From Edaphobacter aggregans (GTDB lineage: Bacteria > Acidobacteriota > Terriglobia > Terriglobales > Acidobacteriaceae), in the NCBI RefSeq assembly GCF_003945235.1, contig NZ_RSDW01000001.1:5550001-5582000 (forward strand): a stretch of DNA of 32,000 nucleotides, written 5' to 3'. A program made the position numbers and the translations under genes. This document shows positions 9,930 through 18,522 of the stretch, piece after piece (within the stretch, counting starts at the first letter, position 1; each line of letters begins with the position of its first letter). The notes beneath the pieces were generated by a model. That model was not told where the DNA came from, searched no databases, and saw only the letters and a program-made list of their open reading frames with translations.

Positions 9930-12425
9930 ATGGGCAGGTACACCCGGCGCAGCTTTCTCAAGACGTCATCCACAACTCTCGGCACACTCGCTCTTACAAA
10001 ACGTTTTGGATTCTCAAAGACTCCTGCAACAGAACCATCAAGCGATCTGACACTTTGGTATGACAAACCTGCCGTGCAATGGGTGGACGCCCTGCCCATC
10101 GGCAATGGCCGTCTCGGAGCCATGGTCTTCGGCGGCGGAGAAGATGCAAGCCCATCCAAAGAACTTCTTCAGTTCAATGAAGACACCTTATGGTCAGGCA
10201 AACCGGTAGACGGCAATAACCCCGACGCAAAAAATCATCTCGCCGACGTACGCCGCGCTGTCCTCGAACAGCAGGACTACCACCTTGCCGATCAGATTTG
10301 CCAAAAGATGCAAGGACTCTTTGCCGAAGCCTATCAACCGCTCGGCAATCTCCGTATCGATTTTTCACATTCAGGCCAGGCTACTGGATATCGTCGCGAA
10401 CTCGACCTTGATACCGCATGCGCACGCACGCAATACACAATCGATGGGATGCAATTTGATCGCGAAGTATTCGCTTCAACACCTGACCAGATCATTGTTT
10501 TCCGCGCAACAGCAAGCAAACCAAGCTCAATGTCCTGCACCATTTCGCTCGATGGCCCTTTAGGGAAATCTGTACATCCACCCCGGAACGATCGGTTACT
10601 ACTGACCGGCAAAGCTCCTCAACATGTCGCCGGCGCAGGCCACCCAGACAGTGAAAAGCCTGTCGTCATGTCCGACAAAATTGGCGAAGGCATGTATTTC
10701 GCCTCCATACTGCAAGTGCAAGCCGAAGGCGGCTCGATCAAAATAGATGGCGAAAAGCTTGTCATATCGGATGCTTCTGCGCTCACAATTCTGCTCACTG
10801 CCGCAACAGGATTCCGCGGATTCCAGTCCACTCCCGATGCCCCTGTGAATGAAATCTCAGCAAGAGCAGCAAGACAACTCGACGCAGCCGCCGCAAAGCC
10901 CTTCAACGATCTGCGTAGGCGCCACATTGAGGACCATCAAAAACTCTTCCGCCGTGTCTCGCTGAATCTTGGCTCGCAGGACGCATCGCAACCCACTGAC
11001 CAGCGCCTGAAAAATTTCACCTCCAACTCAGACCCCTCCCTACTCGCTCTTTATTTCCAATATGGACGCTATCTCCTCATCGGCAGCTCGCGGCCCGGTT
11101 CACAGCCGGCAAACCTGCAAGGAATATGGAACTACCAGCTCACTCCGCCCTGGAGCAGCAACTGGACTTCCAACATCAATGTCCAGATGAACTACTGGCC
11201 TGCCGAAAGCTGCAATCTGAGCGAGTGCGCCGAACCTCTCTTCGATTGGATTAACGATCTCAGCAAGACCGGAGCACGCACTGCGCAGGAAACCTACGGC
11301 CTTCCCGGATGGGTCTCTCACCATAATATCGATCTCTGGCGGGCATCTCACCCCGTCGGAATGGGCGTAGGCCAGCCTACATGGGCCAACTGGGGCATGA
11401 GCGGACTATGGCTCTGCGCGCACCTATACGAGCACTATCTCTTCACGCATAACCGCGAATTTCTTCGCACACGCGCCTTTCCTCTAATGAAAGGCTCTGC
11501 CGAGTTCTGCCTCGCATGGCTCATCGAAGACGGCAAAGGACATCTGACAACCTGTCCTTCTTTCTCTACTGAAAACGACTTCCTCGCGCCGGATGGCAAG
11601 CCTGCCATGACCAGCGCCGGATGCACGATGGATATGGCGCTCATCCGCGAGCTATTTTCAAACTGCATCACTGCCTCAAAAGAGCTTGGTATCGATAGCG
11701 ATTTTGCTGTAAAGCTCGAAGCCGCGCGTGCTCGCCTTATCCCTTATCAGATCGGCAAATACGGACAGCTTCAGGAGTGGGCCATCGATTTTGAAGAGAG
11801 CACACCAGGCCAGCGCCACATGTCGCACATGTATCCGCTCTATCCCGGCAGCGAGATCAGCCCCCGTAGCACGCCTGATCTGGCAAAGGCAGCACGCATC
11901 TCGCTCGAACGTCGCCTCGCCAACGGCGGAGCATACACGGGATGGAGCCGCGCCTGGGCCATTGGCTTCTGGGCGCGCCTCGGTTCTGGTGACAAAGCGT
12001 GGGAGTCGCTTTCCATGCTGATGCAACACAGCACGAACATCAACCTCTTCGATACACACCCTGCTGGAAAGACCCAGATATTCCAGATAGACGGCAATTT
12101 CGGAGCGACCGCAGCCATCGCCGAGATACTGGTGCAGAGCCACTCTGGATCAATCGACCTGCTGCCCGCACTGCCTTCCGCATGGCCCAACGGGGAAGTC
12201 AAAGGCCTCCGTGTGCGCGGCGGAGCTGAAATCGACCTGCGATGGGCTGGAGGAAAATGCTTATCTTGCACGATTCGCCCAGGTAGAACAGACGAATTCA
12301 TCTTCCGCCCGCCGCAAGGGCAAAAGATCGCCTCTATCTCAAAAACACAGATCAATCCAAAACCCGATGGCAGCATTTCTGCCCGACTAGAAGCCCGTCG
12401 AACTTACACATTCAATTTCATTTAG
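9930..12425 (+). CDS. Glycoside hydrolase family 95 (alpha-L-fucosidase-like), TAT-exported
   Basis: 831-aa ORF with a twin-arginine signal ([23 protein letters not shown]). It carries the GH95 N-terminal signature [28 protein letters not shown]...[11 protein letters not shown] and has a GH95-like length. Confidence 0.9.
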   Translation: MGRYTRRSFLKTSSTTLGTLALTKRFGFSKTPATEPSSDLTLWYDKPAVQWVDALPIGNGRLGAMVFGGGEDASPSKELLQFNEDTLWSGKPVDGNNPDAKNHLADVRRAVLEQQDYHLADQICQKMQGLFAEAYQPLGNLRIDFSHSGQATGYRRELDLDTACARTQYTIDGMQFDREVFASTPDQIIVFRATASKPSSMSCTISLDGPLGKSVHPPRNDRLLLTGKAPQHVAGAGHPDSEKPVVMSDKIGEGMYFASILQVQAEGGSIKIDGEKLVISDASALTILLTAATGFRGFQSTPDAPVNEISARAARQLDAAAAKPFNDLRRRHIEDHQKLFRRVSLNLGSQDASQPTDQRLKNFTSNSDPSLLALYFQYGRYLLIGSSRPGSQPANLQGIWNYQLTPPWSSNWTSNINVQMNYWPAESCNLSECAEPLFDWINDLSKTGARTAQETYGLPGWVSHHNIDLWRASHPVGMGVGQPTWANWGMSGLWLCAHLYEHYLFTHNREFLRTRAFPLMKGSAEFCLAWLIEDGKGHLTTCPSFSTENDFLAPDGKPAMTSAGCTMDMALIRELFSNCITASKELGIDSDFAVKLEAARARLIPYQIGKYGQLQEWAIDFEESTPGQRHMSHMYPLYPGSEISPRSTPDLAKAARISLERRLANGGAYTGWSRAWAIGFWARLGSGDKAWESLSMLMQHSTNINLFDTHPAGKTQIFQIDGNFGATAAIAEILVQSHSGSIDLLPALPSAWPNGEVKGLRVRGGAEIDLRWAGGKCLSCTIRPGRTDEFIFRPPQGQKIASISKTQINPKPDGSISARLEARRTYTFNFI

Positions 12426-12591
12426 GACGGTTACGCGACCAGTTGAATTGGATGAGTGGTCGAAATGTAAGGCAGTTTGAAAAATATCAACCCATTCTCG
12501 TGTTGCTCTCGGTGGCCGAACTATTTCCCCGATATGCTGCCGCCTCTCTTGTGCGGATCGTTCTTCGCGAGCTAGAAAGAAAGGAAGAACA

Positions 12592-13602
12592 TCAGCGAAC
12601 GAAGTTGATCGCTACCGCTGGAGTAATTGTCTCATTCGTATTCCGTCCCGCCGGAATCAGCCGCACCCCCACCAGTACTCCGATGTTTGGCTTCCAGCTG
12701 TACTCAATTGCCGGAGCAAGCCCGTATGCATCGCTCACTCCTGAATCCATCGCAACCGGCATCATCCCGGGTCCGCTTTCCGAGTCATATCCTGTCACGC
12801 GAGTATTCCGCGTATTACGAAACGTCGCGTCCAGCGCCAGCACCCAGCTTCGCGTCACGCTGTATTCCCACGCGGCATCCACAAAAAACGAACTGCCCGG
12901 CTTCGCGTGTCCGTTGAATCCCGCCCCGGTACCATACACACTCACGCCATCAACATGCACATTGCTCGAAATCACATCCGTCACATTGAGCCGCATGCGC
13001 ACAATCCGGCGGTTCGGCATCCAGAAGTACATCTGACTCAAAAACTCCAGATTCGTCGTATATGCACCTGCGCCCATACCGTCAGCCGGACGGTTCCCAA
13101 GCCGATCGTATCTCCCCGTCGGCAGCGTCTCCTGCACCGCAGCGGAAATCGTCGGGACCCAGCGGCACGGCACAAACTGGGTCAGCCTCCGCTGCACCTG
13201 CAAAGTCAAGTCTCCTACACCTAGCCCTGCGCTGCTCGGCCCTCCGCTCGCTGTGTTGTAGTTGAATGTCGGAATCAGCCCCACATTCCACTTGTCCGTC
13301 AGCCCGAAAACCATATACGTCAGCGACCAGTAGCTGTTCGCATGGGCTGTGCTGTGGCGCGTGCCATGATGGTCGAAGTTGCCCTGTGTACTTACATCAA
13401 ACAGATATGGCTCAATCAAAAAGTGTCCGCGCGGTGCCGACGCCGCCGTATTCGCCAGCATCGGTCCCGTCCACCACGCATCGCCCATGGGGTGTCTCAT
13501 CTCGCAATCCGAGGCTTGCGCTTCGTGCGCCCGCCCCGCCATTGTTGCGAGCAAAAGCAGTATGGTTGTCAGCGCCTTCCTCAGCAATATCCGTGAATAC
13601 AT
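12592..13602 (-). CDS. Putative outer-membrane beta-barrel protein (resembles the 'MetA-pathway/transporter' OMP family)
   Basis: 336-aa ORF with a Sec signal peptide (…LLLLATMAGRAHEAQA). It shows an alternating hydrophobic pattern, is rich in G/Y/N/T, and has an aromatic near the C-terminus. The family assignment is tentative. Confidence 0.72.
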   Translation of the reverse strand: MYSRILLRKALTTILLLLATMAGRAHEAQASDCEMRHPMGDAWWTGPMLANTAASAPRGHFLIEPYLFDVSTQGNFDHHGTRHSTAHANSYWSLTYMVFGLTDKWNVGLIPTFNYNTASGGPSSAGLGVGDLTLQVQRRLTQFVPCRWVPTISAAVQETLPTGRYDRLGNRPADGMGAGAYTTNLEFLSQMYFWMPNRRIVRMRLNVTDVISSNVHVDGVSVYGTGAGFNGHAKPGSSFFVDAAWEYSVTRSWVLALDATFRNTRNTRVTGYDSESGPGMMPVAMDSGVSDAYGLAPAIEYSWKPNIGVLVGVRLIPAGRNTNETITPAVAINFVR

Positions 13603-14126
13603 CCTTTTTACCTCACTTCGTGTCGGACGTTAGATGAAGGTTTCTCTCGTCCAGTCTTCTGCTGGTTCCCAACCGCTCTTTCCCTCAGTCTTTGTCTGAT
13701 TGCGCACTGCGCCTCCAGAACGCTCCACCGCTGCACATCCCTGCCACAATCGCCCAGCTCCGGGCCTTCGTTGGTATCTGCTCCAGCGAGCCGAATCCAT
13801 CGCTCGCCCTCAGCTCGATCGGATGCCGTCGCATACGTTTGCCTCCATCGCTTTCGGCCATCACGCAGCGTTCCTGTCTCCACTCTGCGTCTTGATCCGG
13901 GTGTATTTGTTTATCCAATTGATCTCCCATTTCTTGCCTCCGTCATAGGAATAGCTCTGTTCAAAGTGGGGAAGGTTCGGTTGAATCTGCTTTCTGGTGA
14001 TGCTGGTTTGCCTCAGTCGGGATCAGATCGATAGGAGCCAAATGCTTTGGCGTGCTTCATGGGAAAAGGGCGCCACTCGCGCTCCACAACGGACTTCATC
14101 TCATATCGACGGGGGCGCCCAACAGC

Positions 14127-15170
14127 CTAGTCGGCGCGGAGCTCGAACGTCAGATATTCCGGCGTGAGCGCGCGGAGGAAGTCCGTCGAATCGAACGCTA
14201 CGCCCGGCGCAAGAGCACCGCTGCCGCGAGCCCGTCCGTCGAGAATCCGCTCGACGGCTTCGACGACGAGTGGCGCGGTGAAGGCATAGATGTCGCGTCC
14301 TCGCGCGATCGCCCGGCTGATCTTACTTCCGTTCCGGACAACAACGTCGACCAGAAAGGTCTGCGCCGATCGCCCTTTTTCGTCGGCGGCGATCGGTGGC
14401 GGGGTGGTGGAATCGCGCAGATCGCAAAGCGGCGTGTTGTTGAGGTAACTGCGAAGACGTGCCACTCGCAAGTGGCGGGCGATGACCGGAACTTCTGAGA
14501 ACGGGACCTCACTGACATCCTGGCGCCCAAATGGCTCGGGAAAATCCCAAGACGTTTGCGGTGCGGGTTGCTCCAGCGGTACAAGTTTTCCGTCTTCAAT
14601 GACTAGCCGCCGGGCCGTGTTTCGCTGACCGGTAATCCGCGTGCCCTGCGTCGGACGCCAGCTATCCAGCGCAATGCCGAGACGGATCTCGTCGGCCGAA
14701 TCCCAGTTGCCCATAGCGGCTGTGGCCAGAAGATCGGCAAAACCACCATAGAATCCCATCGCCGGAATGAAAACTATGCCGGTATCCGTTGCGGCGTCTC
14801 CGAATCTGTCGAATATTGCCTGTGCGCTCGGCTGCTCGGCCGTTACGTCGAGATAGTGGATGCGGGCGCGCAAGGCCGCTGCCGCCACTGCGCCGGCAGT
14901 GTCCAGAAACGGGCCGGCGCAGTTGATGACTGCGGCAGCGCCGGCAAGAGAGCAGTCGAGGGAAGAGGGATCATCGATGGAGGCGCTTCTAATCGGGACG
15001 TTACTGTCCTGAAATCCTGACTCTGTCATTTTCGCGATGTCGCGACCGATGGCTAATGGCGCGAAACCGCGGCGCAGTAACTGGGCGACCATGAAGCGTC
15101 CCGTGTGTCCCGAGGCGCCGAAGACTGCGATTGTCCGACCATGTCCTGGCTTATCAGTTTGAGTGACCAT
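14127..15170 (-). CDS. Saccharopine dehydrogenase-like NAD(P)-binding reductase family protein
   Basis: 347-aa ORF with an N-terminal Rossmann motif IAVFGASGHTGRFMVAQLLRRG. Its overall length and layout are typical of this family. Confidence 0.85.
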   Translation of the reverse strand: MVTQTDKPGHGRTIAVFGASGHTGRFMVAQLLRRGFAPLAIGRDIAKMTESGFQDSNVPIRSASIDDPSSLDCSLAGAAAVINCAGPFLDTAGAVAAAALRARIHYLDVTAEQPSAQAIFDRFGDAATDTGIVFIPAMGFYGGFADLLATAAMGNWDSADEIRLGIALDSWRPTQGTRITGQRNTARRLVIEDGKLVPLEQPAPQTSWDFPEPFGRQDVSEVPFSEVPVIARHLRVARLRSYLNNTPLCDLRDSTTPPPIAADEKGRSAQTFLVDVVVRNGSKISRAIARGRDIYAFTAPLVVEAVERILDGRARGSGALAPGVAFDSTDFLRALTPEYLTFELRAD

Positions 15171-15183
15171 GTCTTCCTTTCAA

Positions 15184-15225
15184 TACAGACCTGTCTGTTT
15201 CATGTAGACTACATACAGGTCTGTA
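15184..15225. promoter_or_regulatory. Nested palindromes (operator-like) in a divergent promoter region
   Basis: TACAGACCTGT (15184-15194) and ACAGGTCTGTA (15215-15225) form a perfect 11-bp inverted repeat. Each arm is itself an ACAG-NN-CTGT half-palindrome. Between them lies the perfect palindrome ATGTAGaCTACAT (15202-15214). The site sits between the start codons at 15170 (-) and 15363 (+). Confidence 0.45.
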
Positions 15226-15362
15226 GCGCGTCAAGCTCGACTAGCTACAAATTCAACACAAGTCAACTTGCCTACTTCCGTGGTGGCTAGGCGACAAGAG
15301 TGGTTCATACTTTTGCCCCTGACGCGCCGATTCAAAAGGATGAGAGAGGTGATATCAAACAC

Positions 15363-16325
15363 ATGAAACGCAGAGAGTTTGTTAAGGCTGCAACTTCGGT
15401 CATAGCAACTGCGGCTATCGGTAAGCACGTCTTCGCGCAACAAACAGAGAGGATTGGCGCGGCGTGGTACACGCAGAACCGCAAGTTCGTGCAACTCCCC
15501 ATAGCGCGCGTGGCCTATGTGGAGCGAGGCAACAGCCCCTTCACCGCGCTCTTCGTGCATGGCTTCCCGCTCAACAGCTATCAGTGGAGAGGCGCGCTGG
15601 AACGGCTCAGCAACTATCGTCACTGCATTGCACCGGATGTGATGGGGCTCGGCTTTACCGAAGTGCCAGCCACGCAACCTATCACGCCAGCCACACAGGT
15701 CAAGATGCTGGTGTCATTGCTTGATCGCCTCAATATCCATACCGTGGACCTCGTAGGCAACGACAGCGGCGGACTCGTCTCACAGCTTTTCGTCGCGACC
15801 TACCCGCGCCGCGTCCGAACGTTGTTGCTTACCAACTGCGATGTGGACAAGAACAGCCCTCCGGCGGAGTTTGTGCCGCTTATCAACCTGGCGAAGAAGG
15901 GCCTGTTTGTAAATACTGTACTGGTGCCGGAGATTGCAGACAAGAACCTCGCCCGGTCTCCGAGCGGCCTGGGGGGCGTCTACTCTTATCCTGACAAGCT
16001 GGAAGACGAAACTCTCGACATGTATCTCAAGCCGCTAGCTTCGAGCGATCTAAGAAAACGGCAAGCAGATGAGTATGCCGTTGCGCTTGGCGAAAATGTG
16101 CTTGTGCCCATCGGCGAAAAACTACATCACTGGAAAGGCCCTGCTCGCATGGTGTGGGGCCTGAAAGATACGCTCTTCCCCGTGCAGGGGGCCGAGTGGC
16201 TCAACAAAACTTTGCCAGGCTCACACGGCATCCGTCGTGTAGACGATGCAAAACTCTTCTTCCCGGAAGAAATGCCAGACTTGATTGCAGAGGAAGCGGT
16301 GAAGCTGTGGGACGTCAGGGTATAG
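15363..16325 (+). CDS. Alpha/beta-hydrolase (haloalkane-dehalogenase/epoxide-hydrolase-like subgroup), TAT signal
   Basis: The start is set at ATG 15363, with a purine-rich GAGAGAGGTG upstream. The signal is MKRREFVKAATSVIATAAIGKHVFA. The sequence has the HGFP oxyanion motif followed by SYQWR, and a nucleophile elbow GNDSGG in which Asp occupies the nucleophile position. Confidence 0.85.
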   Translation: MKRREFVKAATSVIATAAIGKHVFAQQTERIGAAWYTQNRKFVQLPIARVAYVERGNSPFTALFVHGFPLNSYQWRGALERLSNYRHCIAPDVMGLGFTEVPATQPITPATQVKMLVSLLDRLNIHTVDLVGNDSGGLVSQLFVATYPRRVRTLLLTNCDVDKNSPPAEFVPLINLAKKGLFVNTVLVPEIADKNLARSPSGLGGVYSYPDKLEDETLDMYLKPLASSDLRKRQADEYAVALGENVLVPIGEKLHHWKGPARMVWGLKDTLFPVQGAEWLNKTLPGSHGIRRVDDAKLFFPEEMPDLIAEEAVKLWDVRV

Positions 16326-16530
16326 CGTTCCAGCTACGCTAGTGCCAGGAATTCAGCATAGTGAGCGAATTTGGCTCTTTTATGTCAAAAGTTAAGATGA
16401 TCCGGTCGTATCTGACACAGGAGAGCGCGCCGGTATGAACTTTGGAATCGAATGTGGGTTGATAGTGCTCTGCGCTGCTGGCAGGTCATTGCCTGAGCAT
16501 TCGGAATAAATCTACTCTAGAGGTGGCAGA

Positions 16531-17142
16531 ATGTCAGGAACTCACAGGAACGCCGACGTTGGTGAGGCGCACGGCAACTCCGCCGAGGTGAGAGACCGGA
16601 TTCTCCGGACGGCGTCAACGCTCTTCTATGAGCGAGGCGTGCGGGCCGTCGGCGTTGACCTTGTGGTCGAAGAGGCCGGGGTCGCCAAGACGAGCCTCTA
16701 TCGCCACTTTCGCACGAAGGACGACCTCATCGCGGCATTCCTGCAGCGCGAAGATGAGGACTTCTGGAACTGCTGGAACTGCGTCACAGAGCTCCATAAG
16801 ACCGATCCTGTCGCTGAACTGGAAGCGCACCTCGATTGGATCAGCGAGCGGGTCGGACGGCCAAATTATCGCGGGTGCCCACAACTCAACGTCGCAGCGG
16901 AATTTCCAGACTCCGACCACCCCGCCCGCAGAGTAGCCTCAGCTCACAAGCACGAACTCCGGCGGCGCCTCAAAGGGATCGCCGAGCGACTACGCGTCAA
17001 ACGCCCAAACGAACTTGCTGGACAGTTGTCGCTGCTCATCAACGGAGCTTTTGTGAGTTCGCAGGTTCTTTCTCCTGGCGAGGCAAGTCCACTCCTACGG
17101 GCCACCGCACGTGCTCTGATTGCTGCCGCTCGTAAGCAATAG
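16531..17142 (+). CDS. TetR/AcrR-family transcriptional regulator
   Basis: 203-aa ORF with the N-terminal HTH RDRILRTASTLFYERGVRAVGVDLVVEEAGVAKTSLYRHFRTKDDLIAAFL. Confidence 0.92.
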   Translation: MSGTHRNADVGEAHGNSAEVRDRILRTASTLFYERGVRAVGVDLVVEEAGVAKTSLYRHFRTKDDLIAAFLQREDEDFWNCWNCVTELHKTDPVAELEAHLDWISERVGRPNYRGCPQLNVAAEFPDSDHPARRVASAHKHELRRRLKGIAERLRVKRPNELAGQLSLLINGAFVSSQVLSPGEASPLLRATARALIAAARKQ

Positions 17143-17387
17143 GTCGAGCCTCCCTTATGGTGGTCTACAGATTCCCATCTCAACGCTTCGCCGTGCACCT
17201 CACGATGCACAACGCATGACTCGGGGCCAGAGGGATGTGCTTTCCCCAGTGAGTTGTGATGCAGTCGCTGCACAGCGTGCGATCTCGATAACGAAACCGC
17301 CGCCATACTTGTCTATTCGATGATGAGATAGCGATTCTCAGGCCCCTGTGCCGTTCATTCTCTTCCAGGGATGTGAGGAGTGCCGCC

Positions 17388-18320
17388 TCACCTTGGATCA
17401 AAAACCACATAATGATCGGCAGGACAGATGAAGACGCGTTGGAAGATCAGTGTTGGGAGCACACCGTCTTCATCCCGCAATGGGACATTCTTCCCAACAC
17501 TCACTGGTGTCACGAATGAGATATGGCTCATGGTTCTGGTGCCGATCTGCATATCCTGCGGCAAGACGGTAAAGGCCTGTTGCGTTTTGCTGCCGATCTC
17601 TCCCTGCAGCGTGGCGTGCTCCAACCATTGAAGTCGCAGTCCCTTGCTGCGTGCGTAGAGAATCGGACTGTCACTGCCGGAATCCAGCTGTAGAAGAATC
17701 CGACGACTTCCGGTATCGGAGAGATGAACCGAGATAACCAGGCGTTCCGCGAATGGCAGTTCATCTTCAGGATGCTGCGGTGTCACCAGTGGAATATGCT
17801 CGCCGTGCACACTATCCAGCATGGCCCTTGTCTCGTCGAGACAGAGCAACTTGTGCGCATAGTCGATAAACAGGTCGAAGTGGGCGAGAAAATTCTCACC
17901 AAGAACGCCGCGAATTTGAGGATCGGCTGCTTGAATCTGTCGAAGGTTTTGAACTACGGCAAGGGGCTTTTCAACCACGTGGGAGTTTGCTTCCAACGAA
18001 TCCAGAACGGTAACGGACACCTGCGCATAGCTGGCAACGGAGACAAGGCCGACCGTGCCTCGGAGCTTGAGATGGAGTTCCGCCGCCAGTGATGGTTCGA
18101 CCACCGTGATTTGGCTGCCTGTATCAACCATGAAATCAAAGGGGCCTGCCCGGTTGATCCTCACAGGAATAACGATCAAGGCATGTTGAACGAATCGCGG
18201 GGTTACACTAGCGATGCTTCCCGGGCAGTGCGGCTCCGCTTGCAGAACAGAAAGGCGAATTGTCGCCAGGCTGATAGCGACAAATAACTGAATGTGAGAA
18301 TTGGGGAGTGCGTGTTTCAT
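17388..18320 (-). CDS. Secreted retropepsin-like aspartic protease with two catalytic lobes
   Basis: 310-aa ORF with a signal peptide (…ATIRLSVLQA). There are two D-T/S-G motifs in separate halves: FMVDTGSQITVV and LLQLDSGSDSPILY. Confidence 0.82.
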   Translation of the reverse strand: MKHALPNSHIQLFVAISLATIRLSVLQAEPHCPGSIASVTPRFVQHALIVIPVRINRAGPFDFMVDTGSQITVVEPSLAAELHLKLRGTVGLVSVASYAQVSVTVLDSLEANSHVVEKPLAVVQNLRQIQAADPQIRGVLGENFLAHFDLFIDYAHKLLCLDETRAMLDSVHGEHIPLVTPQHPEDELPFAERLVISVHLSDTGSRRILLQLDSGSDSPILYARSKGLRLQWLEHATLQGEIGSKTQQAFTVLPQDMQIGTRTMSHISFVTPVSVGKNVPLRDEDGVLPTLIFQRVFICPADHYVVFDPR

Positions 18321-18522
18321 GTCACCCTCGTTCTCGTGGTTTGCGAGATAAGGGCGACATTGGCAGCTGGACTGGGCTACCTCAATCGATAGCAGGTAAA
18401 ATGCGAGTCAATGAAAGGTCGAAAGAATCTCCATCGCCTAAATGATTGCTGTTCAGGTGTTTACGGAGTTCACTCGAAGCCCCGGGATGTGATCGGTACC
18501 AAAACCGCGAGGACCATCAGCG

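Noticed and set aside
297-12376. Long ORFs overlapping or antisense to the large genes, e.g. 1339-2325 (+), 4017-4619 (-), 5046-5702 (-), 7807-8253 (-), 8902-9579 (+), 11840-12376 (-), 12443-13036 (+), 14052-14498 (+).
   Set aside because: These are typical shadow ORFs of GC-rich coding regions. They are Arg/Pro/Ala/Ser-rich, have no motifs, and each is fully embedded in a gene with strong family signatures.
13608-13948. Several 80-90-aa ORFs on both strands in the 13.6-14.0 kb gap.
   Set aside because: They overlap one another, are low-complexity or Arg-rich, and have no SD or family resemblance. I treat them as noise within a probably degraded region.
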